NCBI GenBank assembly: GCA_963817895.1
Contig: CAWFQB010000004.1
Span: 1-64,000 of the forward strand
Length of the DNA: 64,000 bases
Source of the DNA: an uncultured Chthonomonadaceae bacterium
Lineage (GTDB): Bacteria; Armatimonadota; Chthonomonadetes; Chthonomonadales; Chthonomonadaceae
Reading direction: 5' to 3'
The notes under the pieces are model-generated. The model had not been told where the DNA came from, ran no database searches, and worked only from the letters and a program-made list of their open reading frames with translations. Made by a program: the position numbers and the translations under genes. Each line of letters begins with the position of its first letter. The first letter of the stretch is position 1. Positions 53,548 to 64,000 of this stretch are shown here, piece after piece.

Positions 53548-53597
53548 TAACAGTTCCTTAAATGAATGTTCTGCTTCTCTCCTCCACCGATAGGTTG

Positions 53598-54095
53598 TCA
53601 GTGGGTGACTCCATGATCCGGCCTTCTTTTTCTTGCGGACTTATTGGATGCGTTCGAGGAAGGCTGTTTGGTGCCAAAAGGCGAGAGCAAGAAGGCATGT
53701 TGTTTGCCCTGATACACGCCACATCCTACGATCTGCCCGAAATCATTGATGCCATTGGCTTTGGAAAGCACCCACCCGCAATCTTCTGGCAGAAGGCTGT
53801 TCAAATCCACCATTTTGTGATTGCAGTATAAAAACGCATGAGGTTCGGGAGTGTACTCATACTCCTTCGTAGACCAGCCTACAATGTCTCCTCGGTTGTT
53901 GATGCCATGCGCTTCGCTCGCGTAGTGATGGGGCAAAACACCCAGGTTGATGATCTTGCCATCCGAGAACAAGACGGCGCGCTTATCTCCTTTGTCACTG
54001 GTGTCCGAGTAGCCAACAGCCTGCCCCTTATTGTTGATCCCGAAGGCTTCGCTCCAGCCCTCGTCTCCTTGAGGTTCCGAGGTTTATTCGCCATG
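53598..54095 (-). CDS. HAF-repeat protein, short or fragment
   Basis: GINNKGQAVG, GINNRGDIVG, HAFLY, GINDFGQIVG, HAFLL. Confidence 0.7.
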
Positions 54096-54131
54096 TCTCT
54101 GCGAACTCCTGCCTCACCGCGCGCCTTTTCG

Positions 54132-55095
54132 TTAGCCGCCTCCACCCATTTGCGGCTTGGGCGGATGCTGATAATATTCGACCGTGGACTTGTCCAGGCG
54201 AGTGGAAGCCGTCATCCCTACCTTCACTGGAAGATCAGGCACATAGGTGGTGAACTCCGCGACACATTCGTTGGGCTTGACGCTCCTGACGATGGCGTAC
54301 TTGTCTCCATCCAGGTACTTCTCGATGAACTCTGGCGTACCGTGCATGTTGCTCTACATGCCTGGTTTAAGGCCCTGCCGACTGCCTGCGCGAATGGTAA
54401 GGGCGATGATCTCTCCTGCCGCTTCTCCACTTCGGCCTTTGCCTTTCTTGCCTGTATGCACAACGGCGGTGATAGGAGCCTGAACTGGTGTGGCTAACAA
54501 GAACGTGTTCCAGGGTGTGGGCAATGCAGGCTTCCCTGTTGCTGCGTCCAATTTCATGCGCTGTGTAGTTCCCCAAGCGCACAAAATAGTCGCCGTGGAT
54601 GTCGCCCCGTGGTTCTTCTCCCAAGTTGATGTCGTTACAGAAATGGCGTAAGTCCTCATCCGGGATCAGGTACAGTCGCTTACCCCAGGAAACCGCAACG
54701 AGCGTTTTTAGAGGAAACGATGGCTTTGTCTCAAAGTGCGTGAGCAGTGCCTTTGCGTGGTTCCTACACATTGAAAAAGTACGGAAGTTGGTTGTGCGAA
54801 GGCTAAAGAATTCAGACGAAGGAGTGAGCGTGACGTGGTTGTTTTGGAAGGTATAGGTTCCTGACCATTCCGCCGACTGCCCATCATCACTGGACTGGGA
54901 GAAGAAGAACGTTTTGTCGCGCTTGAGATTCAGACCATCATTTTGGCCCAAGCCATCCCCTCGGTAGTATTCCCCAACAACGCTGACCTGCGCTTTCGGC
55001 GTCTTCTGGTCATAAGCCGACGCAGGCCCAGAACAGAAGACGGCAGCCATGAGGAAGCAAAGTGAGAGGAGGAACTGAACCGCAGGTAGTTTCAT
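54132..55095 (-). CDS. Hypothetical secreted protein (frameshifted)
   Basis: Signal peptide MKLPAVQFLL; GEYYRGDGLG; WGKRLYLI..FCN. Confidence 0.55.
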
Positions 55096-55218
55096 AGACT
55101 TTCTCCGACAGAATGCCTCATGGTGCATAGGGACAAATAACAGCAACCTACATGCCTTTAGAAGATGGTGTGCTTGCCGGGGATACATAAGACAGGTTCC
55201 AGGTGGATAAAAACACTT

Positions 55219-55248
55219 GGCATGGGAGAGAAATTTCTCTCCCATGCC
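55219..55248. repeat. Perfect 30-bp palindrome
   Basis: GGCATGGGAGAGAAA|TTTCTCTCCCATGCC. Confidence 0.85.
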
Positions 55249-55435
55249 GACGATTATCGCACTTGCTAAGGGTATGGGAGATTGATCTGGAGAGTAATAA
55301 GACGTAGAGTATTCATAACCTTCGTTGGCAGGATCAAGGAATAATTCTTCGGATGCGACATCACGTTTCATAACTCCACTGCGGCAAGCCATCGGATTTC
55401 TTCATCAGCGAACGTGTGCTATATGCAATCTGGGT

Positions 55436-58400
55436 TTATTGATGTGACTTCTGTATTTCTGTTGCTCTCTCCATACCGACAATTTGCGCCAGTCGCTCAT
55501 TCGCCACCGCCAAAACCTGTTCTGCCGTCGTTATACCCTCGCGCATTAGCGACATGTACTCACCGCGCGTCAACGTCAGGGGAAGGTTGAGCAGGCCGAG
55601 AGCGGCAGCAGGAATGCCGACCTCCAACTGCTTCAAGAGCATGTCCACGTCTTGAGCATTCGCGGGTACGACAATATGAACTAAGCAGGCGACCTCATGG
55701 GCGGCACGCAGGTGATAGCGTGTGTTATCCGCGAAGCGCCGAATGTCCCCGTGACTGGTCGCGCCGAACCACTGATTGGAAGTGTAGCGGCTCTCGATTT
55801 CGTCCATGTTCACACCGTCTATCCAATCCGCTAAGATGCAGGCGCGCTTACACCGCTTGATATAATCACCTTCCTGTGCCCGTTGCTGGTATAGCGTTAC
55901 AATGTCCCTGCCATAGCGAACCGCAGCCCATTGCGGACAAAATGCCTCCTTTTTGCTGCCTTTGAGTGTAGGTGTATAACCGCCGTCTGATTCAGGAAGG
56001 TTCTGCACCAGCGCCATCAGACGCTCGTGAGTCAGACTATCGGGTGAGATTGTACGCAACAATTGTATCAGTCGCACGCATGAAGAATAGGCCAGGGTCG
56101 AACGACCACAGGCGCGACCAATTGGCGTCAGTTGTACGAATGCACCATCCTGTTCCACCAAGCCCCATGTCAGCATTTCATCCAGCAGAATGTTCAATCG
56201 CCCTGCAAGCGTGGCCTTCCATTCAGGATGGCGGCGTATGGCCTGGAAGCCCCCAAATGTGCTGGCGAGCAACGTCGTAATCTGGTCGCGTGAAACGCGG
56301 GCAACCTGAGCCAGCAGACGCAGCGCCCACGTTTCTACCGCCTCCACCTCAAACGACGATTTCAACGGTTCGGGGTGGCCCTGCACGTATTTGCGGAAAA
56401 GTGCATCTCGCTGGTATGCGTTCTCGGCATAAAGTAAGGATTGTCCTTCCTCTTGGAAACCCAGTCTGCCTGCACGCCCCGCCATGTTACGGTATTCTGC
56501 CACTGTGTAGTCGCGCTCGTCCTCGCCAACAAAGCGGTGATCAGCCAAGATTACAACGGAAGCGGGGGTATTGATGCCTGCTGCAACAGTTGTCGTTGCT
56601 GAAAGAACGCGCACCTTGCTTTGTGGGTCGCGATAGGCACGCTCTACAAGAGAGCGCTCCTCACGATTCAAGTTCGTATTGTGAAAAGCCGTTCCCCCTC
56701 GCAAGCACTCGCGCAATGCAGTGGAGTCTGTGGACTGGTCGGTAGCGGGTAATTGGGCAATTACTTCAGTGGCGGCTGGTAGTCCAACCCCACCCGCTTC
56801 CTGCCCTTCCGCAAGATATTTGGCGCAAGACACGGACTTGCTCCGCATGTTGCGGAAGATAATTACCTTATGGTGCGCGTCGTTCATCAACTGGCGCACC
56901 AGTGGTACGATCACATCCTGCGCGCTTGGTTCTTTGCGACGCTGGTGAATGTTCTGACGCGGAACCAATTGCTTGACCTGGGAATTACCTTCCTCGTCTT
57001 GGAATTGGCATACACCATCATGGTCAAGGACACCTTCAACCAGTTTTACGGGTCGCCTGTCCGTCACCAAAGCCTCGCAGCCCAACCATTCATGGAAGGA
57101 GTTCAAATCTCCAATGACAGCAGACAGCGCCACAATTTGCGGTTGAATACCTCGTTCACGGGCGGCGATTAGGAAAGTCAAGAGCAGTTCGACTATGATG
57201 CCACGCTTCGGCTCGCACACAAATTGTGCCTCATCTAGCACGACCAACCCGATCTGTGACAAGGTAGTAGGATTCGAGACCGCCAGCGACAGGAACATTT
57301 CGTAAGTCATGCAGGCAAGATCGTACTTGCCGCGCGCGAAAGCGGTTGCCTGGTCAACGTAATCGCCTGTGCAGCGGATTACGCGCAGTCCCAGTTCCGT
57401 CCCGTAGAGTGCATCGAACTGGTCGTACTTCTCGCTTGTTAGGGCCTTGTACGGCAGTAGAAATACGGCTTTACGTCCTTCGGTAATGGCACACACAGCA
57501 GCCATCTCCCCAATCATGGTCTTACCCGACGAGGTGGGCGCGACTATGAGCAGCGACCTTCCATCCAGTACGCGGTAGTCATTGATAGCCTGCTGTTGCA
57601 GACTATTTAGCCCAGTAAGGAAACGGTCGGCCCAAGCCCGGAGAACAGGTTCAGGTAAACCAAATGCTGCCAACTCTTTGATTGCCCCTCCAACTCTCGC
57701 GCCGTAAAGTTCTGGAAACGCCTGTGCAAATATTGGGCCAGGTCGCAAGGGTGGCAGTGTCATGCCGCCCTCCACGAGACCTTGATAGAGCATGGGAGTC
57801 TGTGTAACACCCAAGCGCGCGGATTCGGCGCGCACACGATCCATCACGGCGCTCATTGCAGCCTGGACATTGATGACATCGGAGAAGGCACACAGCGCAT
57901 CAAGCAGGGCTTTTGGTAAACAGGCCATGTCGCGTTACAGGATGCTCATAGGCCGCCTCGTTTGTGTTCGCAGCGGAAATCAAAATACGGCCTCGCCCCT
58001 CCACAAGTACATCGAGCGGCATTTCGATGTCGCGCGGTATCGGCTCGTCATCCTCAAAGACACGGGCGGTCGCACCGCCCGAAAAGCAGCAGTCGAGCAG
58101 GATTAGTACGAACCGAGCCTGCGTTGCGCAAAACAAATCGCCGAGTTCACCCATCGAGAGGGATGTTTTGGCAACTTGGCTGGCGTCAGTGTCGTGCGCG
58201 AGCAAGCGGTGACTACGTGAGCCGTGCCCTGCGAATGAGACGATTACAGTGTCCTCTGGGCCTGCTGCACCCAGTGTCTCTTGCAGGGCGCTACGTATTG
58301 AGTCCTTCGTTGCCTGATCGTCCACGAGTAGCCGTGCCTGAATGCCAGGAATGCTATCGGAGAACAATGCCCAGAGCGCAGTTGCATCCCGCCGTGCGCC

Positions 58401-58466
58401 ACTCAACTCGCGAATGTGGTCATCACGGTATTTGTTTATCCCGATGAAACTTGCCAAAACTGCCAT
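55436..58466 (-). CDS. Caspase-like (peptidase C14) protease fused to Ski2/Hel308-type SF2 helicase (~1009 aa after removing one base at 57911-57914)
   Basis: IGINKY, FAGHG, LDCCFSG, HGLFTK|ALLDAL join; APTSSGKT, LPYKAL, DEAQ, LSA, AFHN, TTTVAAGINTPA, NMAGRAGR. Confidence 0.88.
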
Positions 58467-58499
58467 CACTATCCATCTTTCTGCCCCAATCTAGGCACA

Positions 58500-58895
58500 T
58501 CACTGATCGGAGGTGATTGTATCTCCCGGATCGAGGTCTTTCACATCCATCTTGCAAACTGCTGCCAATTGCTTTAGCACGTCCGCCTCTGCCTGACTGC
58601 TGGCGCTCTTGGAGCGAATGTGAATGGTTTTGGAGGAGCCGTCCGCGTTTTGCGTCTGAATGCTGATTTCGGATTCATTACGTGTAGTGTGGCGCGTGAT
58701 CCAAAGCGCCAAAGCGCGCAGAGCCATGCCTGATGCTGTGATAATGGCAAGGGCAGTGGGAACATCGCGTCCGTGAGAGCCTGCTCCCGTCTCTTGCTCA
58801 AAACGCACAGTATCAGGTGGAAGTGTATTTGCGAGAGCAGCACAGTCCTCTTCCGACAGGTCAAGCACTGTGAGTGTACGAAGCACTGGTTCCAT
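58500..58895 (-). CDS. Small EACC1-like protein
   Basis: AAGGAG RBS; GSHG, hydrophobic helix ending LALWI, beta hairpin ISIQTQNADGSSKTIHI; directly upstream of the caspase. Confidence 0.6.
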   Translation of the reverse strand: MEPVLRTLTVLDLSEEDCAALANTLPPDTVRFEQETGAGSHGRDVPTALAIITASGMALRALALWITRHTTRNESEISIQTQNADGSSKTIHIRSKSASSQAEADVLKQLAAVCKMDVKDLDPGDTITSDQ

Positions 58896-59204
58896 AATCT
58901 TCTCCTTTAAGTTCAAAGCCTCACATAGCGAACAAAATGCTACTAAGATGACGGATGCTGCAAAGAAAAAGTGTCGCACTACACGAAATTATTCTATTGT
59001 TTTTCCTTCCAAACGAAGAAAATGGACAAAATTTCTTTAATTTTTACGTCCGATTAACCAATCAGCCAACTGCGCTTTCAGGCATTAACACCGTATCTCC
59101 ATCCCCCTTGTGCGTTTTTACATTCTCTGGCACGAGCATAGCCTCAAAACGCGCTCGCTACCCTATGTCCCTTCCGGGCAAAAGGCGCAGCCAGGAGAAA
59201 AACA

Positions 59205-60750
59205 ATGCAAGAGGATATAGTTTGTGAGGCTCATGCACTCTACGCCGCAGGATTTAATGTGCTCCCCGTTCAGTTCGCCAGCAAGGAGCCTTATGGTTCC
59301 ACAAGCATCTTGACTACGACTCGTATACATCCGTCGTCCATAGATCACTTATTCACCAGCAGCGGCATCGGCGTTATGATGGGTAGGCTGTCGGGCAATC
59401 TATTTGCCCTCGACTGTGACGACGATGCAACGTTCAAGTATGTCGGTGAGGAGTTGGATGCCCGCCATATTCATGCGTGGATCAGAGCTGGGAATGCGGG
59501 GTGGGCAATACTGGTTGCGCTGTGCCGAAGGAGAGGTGCAAAATGTTAATCAGGGCAAGTTGCAGGTGCTGGGCCACAGCCTTTACTCGGTTGTACCACC
59601 CTCCTGGCATCCCGGTGGTGTGATGTACGAATGGGCGCGACGTGAGGGCCAATTGCCTCCCAGTGTTTCCATTCGGCAACTCGATTTCTTGAAGTTGTCG
59701 CTCGCCGGAGATCAGAAGCCAGGCATCAAGCGCGACAAAACGACCCTCCCGCCTGCGGCCTATCGCGTTCTCGTGGAGGAGGACATCAACGGCTACAAGT
59801 CCAACAGCGAAGCCGAGTATGCCGCCTGTTTGTCGCTGCTTCGTGCGGGATGTCCCGATTTGATGATCCGAACGATCTTCGCTCAGTTCACCCCGCCGCA
59901 TTACGCGAAAAGTCGAGGCCGCTCCTTCGATAAGTACACGTTGGCGTCGGCAAAAGCGTATTTGAAGGCCCAAGACGAAAAACCTGTTGCAAGAGAAGCG
60001 GTGACGAACTGGCACTCATCACATTTTGTTCAGTATGCCGATGCGCGCTCCTGGCCCGGACGCACAGGCAATTCGGACAAGGCTGTATACCTCGCGCTTT
60101 GTCAGAGAATGCGAATGGATAAAGGCGCGCGTGTTTTTCGGGCCTCCATCCGTGAACTCTCTGAACTTGCCAATGTAGGAACGCAAGCGGTTCAGGCTGC
60201 GGTGAAACGTCTGCGAACGGCAAACTTGGTCAAGTACGAGAGCAAGGACGCAGTTTCGGGTGCTGCTTTGTACTCACTTATTGTCCAGCCGGAAATGACA
60301 GCAATCACCACAGTAGGCGAAGCCTACACCCGTGTAGCGGATAGTGTGGTGATTAGTGCTATCCAAGAGGACGCTTTCCATAATCGTGGCCTGGGCAAAT
60401 CGGCTTGTACGATTTGGCGTCTGTTACTCTCCGAGAACCGCGCTTTGACAGGAAAGGAAATCATTCAGGCTACGGGGCGTGTCTACAGCACGGTCAAGCA
60501 GAATTTAGTGAAGTTAGAGGCCGTTGGTTTAGCATGGCAGGAAAATGACGGTTCTCCAAGCCGCTGGTGTGGCGTACCTGCTGATCACGAGCAACTGCAT
60601 GAACTCGCCGTCAAATTAGGAACGCAGGGAAAGGCAGCAGTCCGAAAGGCACGACATGTCGAGGAGCGGCAAAAGAGGGCAAGCGTTATGCTGATAAAAC
60701 AGAAGGAGTGCTTCTTGGCGAGAACTAAAGCGTTGAGTATGGCTGCCTAA
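59205..60750 (+). CDS. Prim-Pol (bifunctional primase-polymerase) replication protein with C-terminal HTH-like domains (frameshift ~59490)
   Basis: GFNVLPV..KEP, GIGV..G..LFALDCD, RGGQYW, VVPPSWHPGG..YEW; SIRELSELA. Confidence 0.8.
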
Positions 60751-60759
60751 ATTGCGACG

Positions 60760-60787
60760 ATGCGCGTGGAAAATTTTCCACGCGCAT
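60760..60787. terminator. Perfect 28-bp palindrome after prim-pol
   Basis: ATGCGCGTGGAAAA|TTTTCCACGCGCAT. Confidence 0.6.
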
Positions 60788-60961
60788 AATTTACCCATTT
60801 ACCACTGCTATTCCATGAAGCGGGACACCAGCGCAAACGAGTTAGGTACGGCGTTCTTCACCGCATCGCAGCAGATTAGCCTCAAATGTCAGACAAAGAA
60901 GCCGCAGGAGTAATCCATATAATCGGGTGAGTATGCTCTTGCGGCTTCCATTGTAATCTAT

Positions 60962-61552
60962 TCAGCGACGGCGGAGGGCCATATCAGACGGCTGATACTC
61001 CGCCTTACACCACTCCTGAACGGAACGCTCAATATCCTCCCGTGTGCATAGATATGGCGAGGACACGTCCTCAATAGCCTCGACGATCCATCTGACGCTT
61101 TCAGTCGCACCGAATGTATAAATCTCACTCGTTACCTCACCGCCCGTATCGTTGCAATGGGTTATCACAATCTGACCCACATCCCATAAGTTGACGACCC
61201 TTTCCACGAGGGCGGGGGACAGGGTGGGACAAAATGCGGAATAAAATGCGGCATCCTCTGACATTGACTCACGGAGTGATCCGCGTAACTTGTTTGCCTC
61301 ATGTATGGCAGCCTCAATCTTGCTACTGAAATAACTCACGTTTGGGCCAGTGTACTTCAGGACGGTTGCGTCATACACCTTGCTATAGGCGCAGACGATG
61401 TTTTGGGTCGTCTCCTGGTAATCACGTAGATAACGCCCTTCCTGATCGCGTTCCAAGACGAAATAAGCGTTCATCCTCTCGGCTGCGGCGGCAATGTCTT
61501 CGCTAGGGCCGCCGATATAGATTTTAAGAGACGGAATTGTACATGTTGTCAT
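60962..61552 (-). CDS. Hypothetical protein
   Basis: AAGGA RBS; 196-aa ORF. Confidence 0.6.
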   Translation of the reverse strand: MTTCTIPSLKIYIGGPSEDIAAAAERMNAYFVLERDQEGRYLRDYQETTQNIVCAYSKVYDATVLKYTGPNVSYFSSKIEAAIHEANKLRGSLRESMSEDAAFYSAFCPTLSPALVERVVNLWDVGQIVITHCNDTGGEVTSEIYTFGATESVRWIVEAIEDVSSPYLCTREDIERSVQEWCKAEYQPSDMALRRR

Positions 61553-61915
61553 GTTTAGTTATGTCCTTCAAATAGATTTTGTATGGGGTAATGAAACGAA
61601 CAGATGGCCTAGATAAGACACCATACATGTCTTGTCCTAACACATAAGAATTAACGACTTGGGCGATCTGCAAACCGTCACGATGGCCCAACATTGGCTT
61701 GGCTTGTATCTGCACAACCTAGCGGAATTGGATATGCTGGGGCGTCGTGTACGCCTGAGCGCGCCTTCTACATATAGCGAACATCGGCTTCGAGCGCCAA
61801 TATGCCGCCGCCATGTGAACAGAAATTGTGGCACTCACGATACTTCCTTGCGAGTTGATCTGACACTTTGACACATCAGGAACTATGGACAGGGGAGTTC
61901 CAGTCTTGTGACGGT

Positions 61916-62260
61916 TTAGTTATCCATCATTGGCGCGTGTGCCAACACAACCCTCCTGACGCCCAAGCGACTGTCCTCAGACGAGTTACCGGAAATTGCC
62001 GCATTCACGAGGGTGTCGAGCGCGTTCTGCACTTCATCAAAAGACGCAAATGGGCCGGTATCGAATACTGTGTCAGGCGAGAAAATGGTAATCCCAAACT
62101 CACCAGACTCGCTCCGAAATACTTCCATTTCGATGTTCGGCTTCGACGACTTACTGCAACGCGGACACTGCATGTCCATAGTTGGTTGCACCACTGTTGA
62201 TTTCTCCGCCTTCCGCAGATTGGGCGTCCGGCGAGGTAAATTATGTTTGATCATCTTCAT
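61916..62260 (-). CDS. Hypothetical protein with CxxC
   Basis: AAGGAG RBS; CPRC. Confidence 0.5.
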   Translation of the reverse strand: MKMIKHNLPRRTPNLRKAEKSTVVQPTMDMQCPRCSKSSKPNIEMEVFRSESGEFGITIFSPDTVFDTGPFASFDEVQNALDTLVNAAISGNSSEDSRLGVRRVVLAHAPMMDN

Positions 62261-62564
62261 TGCTCCTTGTAGTCCGCATTTTCCGGTCTAGCGTCGTCAA
62301 CGCGGCGCTCTGGCGCGTAGCGATCTTCCGGGCGGCACTGGCATAGGTGCCAGTGCCCAAGTCTAATGCGTCACATTCCTGCACCACCCACCCCGGCAGG
62401 GTGTCAGTGCAGTTCCATAATCTGCCGATCAGCCAGCGCACCGGGCGGGTCTCGCCATCTATTTCAATGTGTTCAGTTTGCGCGCCCGCTTCCAACCAAG
62501 TGATGAACGCATCTCTCAAGTAACTAGGCATGTGCCCTGATCGTTTCGCATTGTTGTGTCTCAT
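62241..62564 (-). CDS. Hypothetical phage/MGE-like protein
   Basis: AAGGAG RBS; LWNCTDTLP. Confidence 0.55.
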   Translation of the reverse strand: MRHNNAKRSGHMPSYLRDAFITWLEAGAQTEHIEIDGETRPVRWLIGRLWNCTDTLPGWVVQECDALDLGTGTYASAARKIATRQSAALTTLDRKMRTTRSNEDDQT

Positions 62565-62748
62565 ATTTTCTCCTTTCGCTCACGCATTTGTACTCCTCTG
62601 CATTTAGTCGCACGAAGATCGTAGTAGTCTGGCGCACCATGTTGTGTGCATTCTCCACCATGAGTGAACGTGCGTGTTTAAGGTAGCCAAGAACGAAGTT
62701 CGGTGTTTCATCGCTCACAAGTATTATGGATGATTCTGAACGAAACTT

Positions 62749-62765
62749 TAGTTCAAATTGAACTA
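62749..62765. promoter_or_regulatory. Palindromic operator candidate in divergent control region
   Basis: TAGTTCAA A TTGAACTA in AT-rich gap upstream of XRE gene. Confidence 0.5.
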
Positions 62766-62855
62766 TGAAGAATTATTATTTTCGTACCGAAGCATATAGA
62801 GGAAAATGGTACTCTCCCAACGAAGCATTCATCAGATTTGTATGAAGGATAAGGT

Positions 62856-63533
62856 GTGCAAAACATGGCAGACGTAACTAAAAAGCCCAATGTAGCATTA
62901 GACGCCCAACCAGAATGCCCGGAACAAGAGAACATCGAGTCGTTTGGTCGTTGGGTGAAGGCGTGGCGTGAGTACCGGGGCATTTCCCTCAGTGAGATGG
63001 CGAGGCGTGCGGGTTGGGATGCACAGTTTCAGAATTTGCTAGAAAAGGAAGTCAGAAGAAAAAAGGATGGTAGTCCACCGATGCCTCGTGAGGAGACGGT
63101 CAAAATAGTTGCTCATGTTCTAAATGTGTCAGAGCGTGATGCGCTGTTGGCTGCTGGATATGCGCCTCTTGATCTGCGCCGTGTTTCCTATATATCTGCA
63201 CCTCGACGTTCACCGGAGGGAGGCTTTATTTTCTTCCATATCTCAGACATTGACTTGTCAGACATTCACATTCCATCAACAGAGCACGTAGCAAAGCATC
63301 CGAGCGAAAAACCCGATTCATCTGACGTGGAAGTATTGCACAGACTGGAACAGATGATAGAAGAACTGCGGGGAAGAATAGCGGAATATGATCAACGTTT
63401 TCAGAAGTTAGAGGGAGAACAGAGTATTGGGTACCTTGTTCCACAACAGGATGATCGGGTTTCTCAAGCAACACGGGGTCAGACTAAATCGAAGAAAGTA
63501 TCACAACCTCGGATCGTGCCTGATCCTGAGTGA
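62856..63533 (+). CDS. XRE/Cro-C1 HTH transcriptional regulator
   Basis: FGRWVKAWREYRGISLSEMARRAG..LLE..P.EETV..A..LNV..LLAAGY. Confidence 0.82.
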   Translation: MQNMADVTKKPNVALDAQPECPEQENIESFGRWVKAWREYRGISLSEMARRAGWDAQFQNLLEKEVRRKKDGSPPMPREETVKIVAHVLNVSERDALLAAGYAPLDLRRVSYISAPRRSPEGGFIFFHISDIDLSDIHIPSTEHVAKHPSEKPDSSDVEVLHRLEQMIEELRGRIAEYDQRFQKLEGEQSIGYLVPQQDDRVSQATRGQTKSKKVSQPRIVPDPE

Positions 63534-63645
63534 AAATTGATACAACATTATTTACTATAGTCCGTATAATAAGGACATCCCTTCGGAAAATTTTGATAGG
63601 CACCGATCTCCTCTGCAATGCTATTGGCTGTCTCCTTTGGTCACA

Positions 63646-64000
63646 TCATGGCTCCTCCTTCGGTTTTTCGATCTTGGGCAGTATTCCTGTGTAGTGAGCG
63701 CGCGGACGGATGAGTTGATCGGCTTGATATTCCTCAATGGCATGTCCAATCCAGCCGATAGTACGTCCCAATGCAAACAGCGTTATCGCCGTGCCTGGCG
63801 GCAGTTCCAGCACAAAACACAGAGTTGCCAGGGCGAAATCAATGTTGGGCTGTTCGTGAAGAACGGATCGTGCCGCTTCCGCCAGTGCCGCTGCCAACTC
63901 TACACCTGGCGATTGTGGATAGGCGGCACTCACCAGTTCCAGCAACAGTTTGCCGCGTGGATCGCCTTCGGGATAGAGCCGATGCCCGAACCCTGGCACC
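63646..64000 (-). CDS. Citrate synthase family protein, 3' part
   Basis: PGFGHRLY..GDPR, PNIDF, FALGRTIGW..H, LIRPRA.Y.G. Confidence 0.88.
   Translation of the reverse strand, partial: VPGFGHRLYPEGDPRGKLLLELVSAAYPQSPGVELAAALAEAARSVLHEQPNIDFALATLCFVLELPPGTAITLFALGRTIGWIGHAIEEYQADQLIRPRAHYTGILPKIEKPKEEP

Noticed and set aside
54367..55392. 341-aa ORF with long N-terminal extension
   Set aside because: Reads through a palindrome; signal peptide starts at 55095, so the extension is probably spurious or a separate remnant
57900..57928. Programmed frameshift between caspase and helicase
   Set aside because: Break falls inside the caspase fold at a T4 run, and similar indels occur across the window
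63534..63645. att direct repeat matching the left end
   Set aside because: No convincing match found by eye

Overview
Bacterial accessory region. An Armatimonadota/Chthonomonadales-like origin is inferred from the prepilin/H-X9-DG protein, HAF-repeat proteins and membrane ankyrins. Many genes carry single-base frameshifts, probably long-read assembly errors. Left end: a large serine recombinase (218-2102, -) with a consensus sigma70 promoter overlapped by an inverted repeat, plus a RecB/TM0106-like nuclease. 5-38 kb: a run of small-molecule-modifying enzymes (GNATs, APH-like kinases, methyltransferases, oxidoreductases, a MocR regulator). 38-55 kb: an almost entirely minus-strand, cassette-like array in which 9 copies (one an orphan C-terminal remnant) of an unnamed gene family alternate with membrane ankyrin proteins and orphan genes. 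The family has a conserved MEPKTGK..IVS.GEY start, a hypervariable membrane middle and a conserved triple L[VL]RA C-terminus; repeated non-coding modules also occur in the array. 55-59 kb: a small EACC1-like gene followed by a caspase-like protease fused to a Ski2/Hel308-type helicase, a candidate protease-activated defence system. Right end: a Prim-Pol replication protein, small phage-like ORFs, an XRE repressor, then the 3' end of a citrate synthase. A family of near loop-less palindromes with AAAA/TTTT cores is scattered through the window. No rRNA, tRNA or CRISPR array was seen.
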